Positions 9,800 through 18,915 of a stretch of 64,000 bases of DNA are shown in pieces (the first letter of the stretch is position 1; the number at the start of each line of letters is the position of its first letter). The translations under genes were made by a program, and so were the position numbers. Origin of the DNA: Acidimicrobiaceae bacterium (GTDB taxonomy: Bacteria; Actinomycetota; Acidimicrobiia; Acidimicrobiales; Aldehydirespiratoraceae). The stretch is from contig VXYK01000030.1 in assembly GCA_009845995.1 (NCBI GenBank), forward strand, positions 17,440 through 81,439. The letters run 5' to 3'. Below the pieces are notes generated by a model. The model was not told where the DNA came from, made no database searches, and worked only from the letters and a program-made list of their open reading frames with translations.

Positions 9800-11425
9800 T
9801 CAACAATTCTCATAGAGCGTGCGGGGGCCGAACGACGCGAACGGACAGAAGGACGATTCGACCACCGCGTCTGCTCGCAGGTCTTCATCGGTGGTCGAAC
9901 TGTTGGGTTCGGACCAGCCATCGAACAGGTCGGTCAGAATGAGCCAATCGGCTTGTTCGACATCCGCGGCGAGGCGTCCACCTTCGCGATTCGCCAACCC
10001 GGGGTTCATCTGGATGTGATACGAGGCCGGTTCGTAGTCGGGAAGCAGATGATACAGATACGTCTCGGAGTAGTTGGTGCGAGCCAGCATCTCCGGGCCC
10101 ACGAAAACGCTGTCACCCGGCACCGCCATCGAATCAAGCCTTCGCAGGATGCTGAAGAGGTCAACCACATCCTCTGAGTCAACGGTGATCGCTCGACTGT
10201 TGAAAGTCAGCTCAACGCCGAGATCAGTTTCAAAATACGTGTCGAACGCGGCCCGGCCGACGTAGTACGGGGCGATCGTGACCAGACAGGCGAAGACCCA
10301 CACTGCCGCCAGTCCGCTGAGTGTTCGCCACCGCAGATGGCGGGCCAACGCAATCGCCAGTGCCGGAAAGATCAGAACGCCCACGAACTTGATGTGGTTC
10401 GGAGTCGGCCGTTGCAGAAGCTGTGGGATGGTGCCGACAGCCAGCAACGAGAAGGCGAGCAGACGCCGGTCACGTCGCGCCAACCAGATCGTCAGCACCG
10501 CGGCAAGCACCGTCACCCAGAACAACGCGGTGATCTGCGCCGGACGACCCAGCCCGGGCAGATTGTCCGGCCCGCGGATGAAATCGTCGAGCCTTGCGAA
10601 GAACTCATCCGCGGTGTCTGAACTCGGCGGTACCGGAAGCCGCCGCCCGGCACGGAGCCTGACAACCGGATCGATGAACATTCCTTCGACAACCGCCACT
10701 GGACCTGCTGTTGCCAAGTGAACGATGTAGCCGACTGCGCCCGCACCCAAGCCCATCACAAACCGTTTCTGCAGCTCTCGCCCTGCCGACCAGACCAGTG
10801 GCCCAAGCCCCAGCGCAAGAGCAAGGATCAAGTCCGCCCGAAACAGCAACGCAACGCCCGCCAATACTCCTGCGGCGAGCCATCTGCGAGAGATCTCATC
10901 GGCGTCTAGCGCTACGGCCAAGGCGGACACTCCGAAGGCCAGCGCTGCAATCCAGGAATAGGCGATCAAGCCGAAGGGGGCGATCAACAACCAGGCCAGT
11001 CCGGCTGCTCCTGTCGCGACGCCCGCTCCCCAGCGGCCGGCAATTCGGTAGATGGCCCACAACAACACCACCCGATAAAACAGCCCCACGATGCGTTCCA
11101 CGGTGATCGACACGCCGAATATCGAGAATGCGGCGGCGAGCGTCCACAGATCGGCAGGCCCGTACAGGTGCTCGAAGTCTCCGTGAGGGGTCCACCCTCG
11201 CAGCACCAGTTCACCGCCGATGAGCAGGGTCCCCTCTTCCATGGTGTTGCCCGGTTTTTGGAGCAACGCCCCGAGCGGGAGCAGGAACAGGAACAAAAGG
11301 GGAAGTGTGGTCAGCAACAGGCGCTGGCGATGGACGAAATCCGCAAGGCGATCCAAGCGGCCACCCTCACTTGCACCCCAACGCCAATTCCCAGGGACCG
11401 AACGCGTAGGCCCCTCACCATCCAT
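9800..11425 (-). CDS. Large polytopic membrane protein with C-terminal extracytoplasmic domain (possible glycosyltransferase-like; function unknown)
   Basis: Track ORF 9800..11512. I prefer the ATG at 11425 (MDGEGPTR) because the longer form overlaps the pheA start. About 12 hydrophobic segments precede a ~150-aa soluble tail. No motif could be assigned. Confidence 0.55.
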   Translation of the reverse strand: MDGEGPTRSVPGNWRWGASEGGRLDRLADFVHRQRLLLTTLPLLFLFLLPLGALLQKPGNTMEEGTLLIGGELVLRGWTPHGDFEHLYGPADLWTLAAAFSIFGVSITVERIVGLFYRVVLLWAIYRIAGRWGAGVATGAAGLAWLLIAPFGLIAYSWIAALAFGVSALAVALDADEISRRWLAAGVLAGVALLFRADLILALALGLGPLVWSAGRELQKRFVMGLGAGAVGYIVHLATAGPVAVVEGMFIDPVVRLRAGRRLPVPPSSDTADEFFARLDDFIRGPDNLPGLGRPAQITALFWVTVLAAVLTIWLARRDRRLLAFSLLAVGTIPQLLQRPTPNHIKFVGVLIFPALAIALARHLRWRTLSGLAAVWVFACLVTIAPYYVGRAAFDTYFETDLGVELTFNSRAITVDSEDVVDLFSILRRLDSMAVPGDSVFVGPEMLARTNYSETYLYHLLPDYEPASYHIQMNPGLANREGGRLAADVEQADWLILTDLFDGWSEPNSSTTDEDLRADAVVESSFCPFASFGPRTLYENC

Positions 11426-11504
11426 GCCCACAACGGTAGCCGCGGGGTTCGATAGGTCTAACGCTCGTGTCGTCCTATCCTTGGAGACCGTGAGCGAAAC
11501 AGCA

Positions 11505-12437
11505 ATGGACAAGCCGATAGTCTGCTACCTCGGACCGCGCGGGACCTTCACCGAACAGGCGCTCTACACCCAGCCCGATCTCGTGGAGATGACCCACGTG
11601 CGGTTCGGCTCCATTGTCGAAGTGTTGAAGGCAGTGGAAACAGGGGGGATCGACTACGGGTTCGCGGCTATAGAAAACATGATCGAGGGATCGGTCAACG
11701 CCACCATCGACACGCTTGCTTTCGATGCCGAACTGCTCATCCAGCGTGAGGTCGTGATCAACATCAACCTCAATCTGCTAGTGCAACCGGGTGTGCGTCC
11801 CGAAGAGATCAAACATGTCCGCTCGTTTCCCATGGCCTACGCGCAATGCCGACAGTACCTCGTCAACGAACTGCCGTGGGCGAGCATCGAAGCAACGAAC
11901 TCCACCGCGGATGCCGCCCGCGAACTTGCAGAGTCCAAGCGGCGGGACACAGCCGCGATCGCCCCGCCGCGTGCCGCCGAGGTCTACGAACTCGAAACGC
12001 TCGTGCCCAACATCGAGGACCATCCGGACAATCAAACTCGCTTCGTGCTCGTCTCCAACCAGGGCATCAGCGCGCCGACCGGGCACGACAAGACGTCGAT
12101 CGTGGTTTTCCAACGCGCTGATCAACCCGGTTCGCTGATCAGCATTCTTCAGGAGTTCGCGGCGCGTCGTATCAACCTCACCAAGCTGGTCAGCCGCCCG
12201 ACGCGCAGCGCACTCGGCGACTATTGCTTCTTGATCGACTGCGAGGGCCACATCGCCAACGAGGTGGTCGGCGACGCGCTTCGCAGTCTCCACCAACAGA
12301 GACACGTTGTGAAGTTCCTTGGTTCCTACCCATCAACCTACGGAACCACCGAGGAGCAGGAGAACAACCGTGTCGTCACCGGAGAATCGGACATCTGGCT
12401 CGCTGAGTTGCGCGCCCAAATTCTCTCGGCGGACTGA
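11505..12437 (+). CDS. pheA: Prephenate dehydratase
   Basis: Track ORF 11220..12437. ATG at 11505 (MDKPIVCYLGPRGTFTEQA). Conserved NQTRFVLV (TRF) block and a C-terminal ACT domain (GSLISILQEFAARRINLTKLVSRPT). Confidence 0.9.
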   Translation: MDKPIVCYLGPRGTFTEQALYTQPDLVEMTHVRFGSIVEVLKAVETGGIDYGFAAIENMIEGSVNATIDTLAFDAELLIQREVVININLNLLVQPGVRPEEIKHVRSFPMAYAQCRQYLVNELPWASIEATNSTADAARELAESKRRDTAAIAPPRAAEVYELETLVPNIEDHPDNQTRFVLVSNQGISAPTGHDKTSIVVFQRADQPGSLISILQEFAARRINLTKLVSRPTRSALGDYCFLIDCEGHIANEVVGDALRSLHQQRHVVKFLGSYPSTYGTTEEQENNRVVTGESDIWLAELRAQILSAD

Positions 12438-12458
12438 GCGGACCGAGCAGTCTGCAAT

Positions 12459-12487
12459 GGCCGAACCTGAGTTGGATGCGTTCGGCC
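12459..12487 (+). terminator. Hairpin after pheA (GGCCGAAC-N13-GTTCGGCC)
   Basis: 8-bp perfect inverted repeat 22 nt after the pheA stop, followed by TCTGATCTG. It also encloses the ATG (12476) of the next ORF, so its role is ambiguous. Confidence 0.3.
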
Positions 12488-14578
12488 TCTGATCTGCGCG
12501 CCGACGGTTCTGACGTAAGTTCTGGCGCGGGGGCGCGCCGTCATCTTGGCTTGGACGGGTTAAGGGGTTTGGCCGTGGCCTGGGTGGTGTTGTTTCACCT
12601 GTGGCCTGATGCGGTGCCGGGGGGATGGCTCGGTGTCGGTCTGTTCTTCACCCTGTCGGGTTATCTGGTGGTTGGCCTGATCGACACGGAGGTGTCGGCG
12701 ACAGGGAGCTTGCGCCTTGGTCGGTTCATGGCAAGGCGGGTTCGGCGGCTGATGCCGGCTGCTTTGCTGACCATCGCTTCGGTGTTGTTGTTGACCGCAA
12801 TATTGGACGACCAAGCACTGCGAGAAGTCGGTTTTGATGCGTTGACGGCGGTCTTGAACGTGTTCAACTGGCGCACCGCTCTGGACACTGCCGGTTATGC
12901 CGCGATCTTCGAGTCCCGGCCTGAGCCGTTGGCGCATTTCTGGTCGTTGGCTATTGAGGAGCAGTTCTATCTGCTCTTTCCTGCCGCGGTTGCGTTGACA
13001 CGCCGAACCGCCCTGGTCGTATGGGCGATGGTGGTAGCTGGGCTGGTCGGCGTGGTTCTGTGGTGGGGATCAGCAGATGCCTACGTGGCGACACCTGTGC
13101 GGGGGTTGGAGATCGCTGCGGGAGCAGGCCTTGCGCTCGCCGCGGCACGCTTCGGCTTTGTTGCGCGGCTGATGAACCCGGAGCCGGGCCCAGATCCGGG
13201 CCGACCGAGGCGGACGACGCTGATTGCCGGAGGTGCGATCTTCGCTGTGGCTGCTGGCGTGACGGTTCTGGCGTTGGCCAGGTTGGGTCCTCAAGACAGC
13301 CTCGTCTTCAGAGGTGGTCCCCAACTGATGGCGTTGTGCTGGGTGGTACTGGTTGTCGCCGCGGTGAGAGACGGGATCTTGTCGCGGATCATGGCTGTCG
13401 GCGTGTTGCGCTGGTTGGGCACGCGCTCGTATGCGATCTATCTGTTTCACTGGCCTTTGATAGAGCTGACCGACTGGAACCCGGTCACGGTCGTCGCGGC
13501 CACGCTGATCGCGGCAGAGGTGTCATTTCGGCTGGTTGAAATGCCGGTGCGACTCGGCAGCGGACAACAAGCCTTGGTGCTGCTTGGCGCTGCGGTTGTG
13601 GCGGTGGCGTTGATCGCTTTGGCCATGGCGGTCCTTTCCAACCCGGCGCGGGCCATCGGCGAGCGTGCCTCGGAAGCCGATGAAATACCGGCCTGGGCTC
13701 TACAAGACCCAGAGGTTTCCGGCACAGAAACGGCCGACGCGCCTGCAGGGTCCCCGACCGACAGCGCCGCGCCAACCTCGATGTCGCCTTCATCGACACA
13801 AGCCACCGAGTCGACTACGACTGGGTCGGCTACGAGTGAATCCCCCATTACCACCACCACAACCAGCCACCCGGCGACCGCGGTGCCGATCGTCACGGTG
13901 ATCGGTGATTCCTCGGGGTTGCACCTTGCGGACGGATTGCGCACCTGGGCCGATTCCAACCGGGCCATGGCTGTGGTGGACCACACCCGTGTCGGCTGTT
14001 CACCGCTGATCAGCGCGGAGCGGCCCTGGCGGGCGCGGCGTATCGATCCAGAAGCTGACGACCCGATCGAATGGTGGATCCACGACGAGCCCTGTCGCGA
14101 CGATTTCATAGAGCCGGGAACGAAACTGGTGCTGGTAGTGGACCATGTCAACCCGCAGTACGAGCACCAGCGGAGCGACGGTTCTTGGGCTTCCATCCTC
14201 GATCAGGACTTCGCCGCCGATATCGAGGACTCCTACCGGCAGTTGGTGTCCAAGGCTTGGGCTGTTGACGCTCAGGTTGTTTTTGCGACCGCGCCCCGCC
14301 TGCTCTCGTACCACGAGGTGGGTATTGACCACGACCCAAGGCGAGCTGAAGCCTACAACTCGCTTGTTCTTGCTCTGGTGGCTGAGTTGCGGTCCACGGC
14401 GGCAGGCGCAGCAGGCCCTGGGGTCGCCGTAATCGACACCGCTACCGAGTTGGACGCTTCGGGGCACCACGGGCGCTACGGCCGAACCGACGGAGTTCAT
14501 CTCGACTTCGACCGCTCCGAGATTTTCACGGCCGAAGTACTGGGTCCAGCTTTAGTCGAGTTGTTGGAAAGCGACTGA
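12476..14578 (+). CDS. OafA-like O-acyltransferase: acyltransferase-3 membrane domain plus C-terminal SGNH/GDSL domain
   Basis: LGLDGLRGLAVAWVVLFHLWP and multiple TM segments. An S/T/P-rich linker (~13680-13880) follows. The SGNH blocks are VTVIGDSSG (block I) and RTDGVHLD (block V). Confidence 0.85.
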   Translation: MRSASDLRADGSDVSSGAGARRHLGLDGLRGLAVAWVVLFHLWPDAVPGGWLGVGLFFTLSGYLVVGLIDTEVSATGSLRLGRFMARRVRRLMPAALLTIASVLLLTAILDDQALREVGFDALTAVLNVFNWRTALDTAGYAAIFESRPEPLAHFWSLAIEEQFYLLFPAAVALTRRTALVVWAMVVAGLVGVVLWWGSADAYVATPVRGLEIAAGAGLALAAARFGFVARLMNPEPGPDPGRPRRTTLIAGGAIFAVAAGVTVLALARLGPQDSLVFRGGPQLMALCWVVLVVAAVRDGILSRIMAVGVLRWLGTRSYAIYLFHWPLIELTDWNPVTVVAATLIAAEVSFRLVEMPVRLGSGQQALVLLGAAVVAVALIALAMAVLSNPARAIGERASEADEIPAWALQDPEVSGTETADAPAGSPTDSAAPTSMSPSSTQATESTTTGSATSESPITTTTTSHPATAVPIVTVIGDSSGLHLADGLRTWADSNRAMAVVDHTRVGCSPLISAERPWRARRIDPEADDPIEWWIHDEPCRDDFIEPGTKLVLVVDHVNPQYEHQRSDGSWASILDQDFAADIEDSYRQLVSKAWAVDAQVVFATAPRLLSYHEVGIDHDPRRAEAYNSLVLALVAELRSTAAGAAGPGVAVIDTATELDASGHHGRYGRTDGVHLDFDRSEIFTAEVLGPALVELLESD

Positions 14579-14580
14579 AC

Positions 14581-14757
14581 TCAGGCCCAGCCGCCGTAGC
14601 CGGGGCGGGGAGACCAGTTGCGACCCGCGAAGCGCCAGCGAGACACCCCATCGGGCGTAACAACTTCGCTGGTCTGAGGCCACAAGAGCTCGTATGCCGC
14701 CAAAATGGCCGCGGCTTCCTCTTCCGAGGGCGTAGGTGAAAACTCAATCATCGCCAT
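14581..14757 (-). CDS. Acyl-CoA carboxylase epsilon subunit-like small protein (58 aa)
   Basis: Below the ORF-track size cut-off. My translation: MAMIEFSPTPSEEEAAAILAAYELLWPQTSEVVTPDGVSRWRFAGRNWSPRPGYGGWA. The ATG lies 3 nt after the TAG of the carboxyltransferase gene. The PTPEE..AA.. N-terminus and SRWRF.GR.W C-terminus resemble AccE-type subunits. Confidence 0.55.
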   Translation of the reverse strand: MAMIEFSPTPSEEEAAAILAAYELLWPQTSEVVTPDGVSRWRFAGRNWSPRPGYGGWA

Positions 14758-14759
14758 CA

Positions 14760-16316
14760 CTACAGGGGCACGTTGCCGTGCTTTCGCTCCGGCAACTCCT
14801 CACGCTTCGATTCGAGCAGTTGGAACCCCGCCACTACCTTTTGGCGAGTCTGCGACGGTTCGATCACATCGTCTATGTAGCCGCGTTCGGCGGCCACATA
14901 GGGATTCGCCAAGCGGTCGGTGTAGTCGTCGATCAACTCGGCCCGCCGGGAGGCCGCATCGGCAGCGTCGGCCAGTTCGCGTCGATGGAGTATCTCCACC
15001 GCCCCTTGCGGACCCATAACGGCGAGTTCGGCGGTGGGCCAGGCAAACGCCAGGTCGGACCCCACTGACTTGGAGTCCATCACCACGTAGGCTCCGCCAT
15101 AGGCCTTGCGGGTGATGACCTGGATGCGCGGCACGGTCGCTTCGCAGTAGGCGTACAGGAGTTTCGCTCCGTGGCGGATGATGCCTCCGTATTCCTGGTC
15201 GACCCCGGGGAGGAAACCGGGTACGTCGACGAAGGTCAACAGTGGAATGTTGAAGGCGTCGCAGGTGCGCACGAAGCGAGCTGCTTTCTCTGACGAGTCG
15301 ATGTCGAGCACTCCGGCCAACATCATCGGCTGGTTGCCGACGACTCCGATGGCCCGGCCGTCGACTCGAGCGAAACCGCAGGTGATGCTGCGTCCCCAAC
15401 TGGCGTGGTACTCCATGAAGTCGCCGTCATCGACAACAGAGGTTATGACCTGTTTCATGTCGTAGGGCACGTTGGGGCTGTCCGGCAGAATCTCGTCAAG
15501 TTCACCACAGAGGCGATCCGGGTCGTCGCTGGGTTCGACGCGAGGCGTCTGGTCGAGGTTGTTGGACGGCAAGAAACTCAGGAGGTCCTTGACCTCGTCG
15601 AGCACCTGCTCTTCGGACTCGGCGACAAACGTGGCCACTCCGGATTTGCTGCTGTGACTGCCCGCTCCACCGAGTTCTTCAAGCGTGACCTCCTCACCGG
15701 TGACGGTTTTGACCACATCGGGTCCGGTGATGAACATGTGCGACTTCTCGCGCACCATGAAGATGAAGTCGGTCATGGCCGGGCTGTAGACCGCGCCGCC
15801 TGCGCAGGGGCCGAGAATCACCGAGATCTGCGGGATGACCCCTGAGGATTGGACGTTGCGGTAAAAGATGCCACCGTAACCGTCGAGTGATACGACGCCC
15901 TCCTGGATGCGGGCACCGGCGCCGTCGTTGAGCCCGATCATCGGTGCGCCGGTGGCTAGAGCAAGATCCATGACTTTGTGGAGCTTCTCCGCGAACACCT
16001 CGCCGAGTGCTCCGCCCATAACGGTGAAGTCCTGGGAGAACACGAAGACTTTGCGCCCGTCGACGGTTCCCCAGCCGGTGATGACCCCATCGGTGTAGGG
16101 ACGTTCCGCGAGTCCGGCCTCATGTGCGCGGTGACGGGCCAGCATGTCGAGTTCGTTGAACGAGCCTTCGTCGAGCAGGTAGTCGATGCGCTCGCGGGCA
16201 AGCATCTTGCCTTTTTCATGCTGGCGCGACACCGATCGCTCAGAACCCGCATGCACTGCCTGATCCTTGCGTTTGCGAAGATCGTCGAGTTTGGCGTTCA
16301 TTGACTGGTCAACCAC
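14760..16316 (-). CDS. pccB: Acyl-CoA carboxylase carboxyltransferase (beta) subunit, propionyl-CoA carboxylase-like
   Basis: 518 aa with two carboxyltransferase halves (FSQDFTVMGGALGE, ISVILGPCAGGAVYSPA, RKAYGGAYVVM). Followed by an epsilon-like ORF. Confidence 0.9.
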   Translation of the reverse strand: MVDQSMNAKLDDLRKRKDQAVHAGSERSVSRQHEKGKMLARERIDYLLDEGSFNELDMLARHRAHEAGLAERPYTDGVITGWGTVDGRKVFVFSQDFTVMGGALGEVFAEKLHKVMDLALATGAPMIGLNDGAGARIQEGVVSLDGYGGIFYRNVQSSGVIPQISVILGPCAGGAVYSPAMTDFIFMVREKSHMFITGPDVVKTVTGEEVTLEELGGAGSHSSKSGVATFVAESEEQVLDEVKDLLSFLPSNNLDQTPRVEPSDDPDRLCGELDEILPDSPNVPYDMKQVITSVVDDGDFMEYHASWGRSITCGFARVDGRAIGVVGNQPMMLAGVLDIDSSEKAARFVRTCDAFNIPLLTFVDVPGFLPGVDQEYGGIIRHGAKLLYAYCEATVPRIQVITRKAYGGAYVVMDSKSVGSDLAFAWPTAELAVMGPQGAVEILHRRELADAADAASRRAELIDDYTDRLANPYVAAERGYIDDVIEPSQTRQKVVAGFQLLESKREELPERKHGNVPL

Positions 16317-16359
16317 AGCCGCAATCTATCCGCCCGAAGCAGCCGTGCCCTTTTCCGAC

Positions 16360-17193
16360 TCAGCGCGGAGGGCCGTGGATCACCACGTCGAACACGGTGG
16401 CCGGGTCTGTCACAGCAGGAAAAGAACGCAATAGCCACGTCGCGCCCTCATCGACGAACGGCGGAGGTGTACCGTCGAATTCGGTGCGCAGGCAAACGTC
16501 GAACCCGTCGAGACTGCCTCTCACCGCGACCACCTCGTCTAGAGCCCGACAAAAGCTGTCGTGGTTCACTTCGATCGGGAACATTCCCTCGTAGCGGGCC
16601 GCCCGGCGCACAGGTTTCATCGCCGTGCCGCGTGCCGCGCACCAGATCGGGGGACGGGGTCGTTGGACCGTCGGGGGCTCTGCCGAAACGCCGTCCACCA
16701 TGTAGTGCTCACCGAAATGGACCACGAACTCCCCCGCCAACAGCTGGGCCACGATTCGCAGACCCTCGTCGAGCCGTTGGCCGCGGATCCGAGGATCGAT
16801 CACCTCGTCGAAACGGGCCAACTCGCCTCCGGTGTCTGTGCCAGAACCGACTCCGAGCGTCAGCCTCCCTTCGCTGAGCAGGTCGAGCGTCAGCACTTCC
16901 CTTACCAGCTTGATCAGACGTCGGCGCGGTACCGGTGTGACCAAAGGGCCAAGACGAAGTTTCTGAGTGGCTGTAGCCAAAGCTGCGAGAGCGACCCAGG
17001 TGTCGATGATCTCGTTGCTTTCGGGACGCAGTACATGGTCCCAGACGAAGAGACCGTCCCAACCCGATTCCTCCACCGCCCGGCCGAGATCCATCAATCG
17101 GTGAGGGTCCGCGAACGGACCGAACGGCGCCACAAAGATCCCGTGCTGCACGCGCCCAAGAGTACGCGCTTGTCGGTAGAGAAGCGCAGGCAA
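16360..17193 (-). CDS. Luciferase-like (LLM class, probably F420-dependent) oxidoreductase
   Basis: The TIM-barrel LLM pattern is DGLFVWDH, RLRLGPLVTPV, LDLLSEGRLTLGVGSG. TTG start at 17193 or GTG at 17151. Confidence 0.8.
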   Translation of the reverse strand: MPALLYRQARTLGRVQHGIFVAPFGPFADPHRLMDLGRAVEESGWDGLFVWDHVLRPESNEIIDTWVALAALATATQKLRLGPLVTPVPRRRLIKLVREVLTLDLLSEGRLTLGVGSGTDTGGELARFDEVIDPRIRGQRLDEGLRIVAQLLAGEFVVHFGEHYMVDGVSAEPPTVQRPRPPIWCAARGTAMKPVRRAARYEGMFPIEVNHDSFCRALDEVVAVRGSLDGFDVCLRTEFDGTPPPFVDEGATWLLRSFPAVTDPATVFDVVIHGPPR

Positions 17194-17260
17194 CTACAGT
17201 CAGTCGTCTGGCAGACACTGGCAGGTTGGTCCAGCAGCCGCTGGATCGCAGAGGACGAAT

Positions 17261-18253
17261 ATGCAAACACGTGAGCGCACGGTCGACTCGGAGGTGATCC
17301 GTCTCCAACCTGCGTTCGACGATCCTGAGCGGATTCGCTCGCTGGTCCAGGAAGCCGGGCCGTTCGCGGCCCTGGCCCTTACGGCGCAGACCAAACAGGA
17401 GCGGGAACGTTCGGGCAAGGTCCTGGTGTCGTTCGTGCCTCCGTGGTTCCGGCGCGACCTCGCTACCCACGGTGAGGTCCACTCTCCCGGGGGCGAGGAA
17501 GTGCTATTCCACACCGGTTACTGCGACGCCGCAGCGCGGGTGTACCGGGGTGCGGAGATCGTCGACCCGACCACGGTGTACGTCAACGTGATGGGTCCCG
17601 TGAGGTACCCCTTCGCTCCCCACCTCGACATCCCGGTGTTCGTCCATGCCAGCCGACGCAACTGCCCGGTATGGCTGCTGTTCGCCATGTTCTGTTCCGG
17701 TTTGTTCGTTGAACAGCGGGTGCGCTTGGCCACGGCGGTCACCTGGTTCTTCGACGGACCCGGAGGCGCCTTCCACTATTGGCCCGAGGGACCAACCGGT
17801 CCCATGAAGAGTGAAGAGCCACCGTTCGACAATGTCGCGGTCGTAGCTGACAACGAGGCCCTCTATCACGGCGTCGGCCCGCTTGGTTCGGTTGTTGATG
17901 AGTCAGCCGCCCCCCTCAGCGTCGACGCGACCATCCACCACGAGTCCGATACCGGCCGGTGGAGGATCCTCGATCCCGACCCGGTCGTCGAGTACGAGCC
18001 GAGCGATGTCCGGATCACAATCTCGTGGAAGGCGGAGGTTTTTTCCAGCGAGCAAGAGCAGGCCGCTCGGCGGGAACTCTTCGATGCGCCCCTGCCGATC
18101 GACGACATAGTCGCTCGCCTCGTTGACGACATGCGCACCAGGGGCCTCAACCCGGTCATACCCGACGACCCGCTCCACGACCCGGAGTGGATCGATCTGG
18201 TCCAAAGCGCCTACCCGCTGGCCCCACCGCCGGTGATCCCTAGATCCGGCTGA
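17261..18253 (+). CDS. Hypothetical protein
   Basis: 330-aa ORF with host-like composition and no family assigned. Possible metal-binding residues are noted in the findings. Confidence 0.5.
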   Translation: MQTRERTVDSEVIRLQPAFDDPERIRSLVQEAGPFAALALTAQTKQERERSGKVLVSFVPPWFRRDLATHGEVHSPGGEEVLFHTGYCDAAARVYRGAEIVDPTTVYVNVMGPVRYPFAPHLDIPVFVHASRRNCPVWLLFAMFCSGLFVEQRVRLATAVTWFFDGPGGAFHYWPEGPTGPMKSEEPPFDNVAVVADNEALYHGVGPLGSVVDESAAPLSVDATIHHESDTGRWRILDPDPVVEYEPSDVRITISWKAEVFSSEQEQAARRELFDAPLPIDDIVARLVDDMRTRGLNPVIPDDPLHDPEWIDLVQSAYPLAPPPVIPRSG

Positions 18254-18315
18254 GGTTCCAGACTCCGGGCGGTATACCCGGCGCTCAAATATCTGTGGAG
18301 CAGTAGGCTTTCACG

Positions 18316-18897
18316 ATGCACAAGTTTCAACGAGTGTGCGTGTTTTGCGCTTCATCTCCGGGAACGGACCCGGAGATCACCGATGCAACAATCGAGCTGG
18401 GCAAGCTCCTCGTTGAACGCGACATTGAACTTGTCTACGGCGGGGGCGCTGTCGGGTTGATGGGGTTGATCGCCGACACAGTCATGTCGCGCGGCGGACG
18501 CGTGACCGGAATTATCCCCACTGACCTCTTTGACGACGAGGTTGGCCATGAGAGTCTCACCGCTCTCGAAAAAGTCGATTCGATGCATACCCGCAAGGCG
18601 CTGATGTATGAGATGTCCGATGCTTTTGTTGCCCTTCCCGGCGGTTTTGGAACGCTCGACGAACTCGCCGAGACTCTCACCTGGAACCAGCTCGGAATCA
18701 TGGCCAAACCCGTCGGCGTGCTCAATATCAACGGTTTCTGGCAGCCGCTGCTCGACCAGTTCGACACCATGGTCAATCGCACGATCCTCAAACCCTCGAA
18801 CCGCCAGACGCTGCTGGCCGAACAATGCCCTGCCGCTCTGCTGGACGCGCTCGCCAATCACAGCAATTCCCACAACCCCAAGTGGATCCGCGCCTAG
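18316..18897 (+). CDS. LOG family protein (cytokinin riboside 5'-monophosphate phosphoribohydrolase-like)
   Basis: VCVFCASS, YGGGAVGLMG and the hallmark PGGFGTLDEL. Confidence 0.88.
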   Translation: MHKFQRVCVFCASSPGTDPEITDATIELGKLLVERDIELVYGGGAVGLMGLIADTVMSRGGRVTGIIPTDLFDDEVGHESLTALEKVDSMHTRKALMYEMSDAFVALPGGFGTLDELAETLTWNQLGIMAKPVGVLNINGFWQPLLDQFDTMVNRTILKPSNRQTLLAEQCPAALLDALANHSNSHNPKWIRA

Positions 18898-18915
18898 CGG
18901 CCTGCCGGCAGCGGA

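Noticed and set aside
11220-11504. Upstream extension of the pheA ORF
   Set aside because: The extension is Arg/Ser-rich and overlaps the divergent membrane-protein gene. The conserved prephenate dehydratase N-terminus begins at the ATG at 11505.
18902-18911. Palindrome CTGCCGGCAG between the convergent LOG and epoxide hydrolase genes, as a bidirectional terminator
   Set aside because: It is only a 10-nt self-complementary string, which gives at most a 3-4 bp stem once a loop is allowed. There are no flanking T/A tracts, so it is too weak to call.
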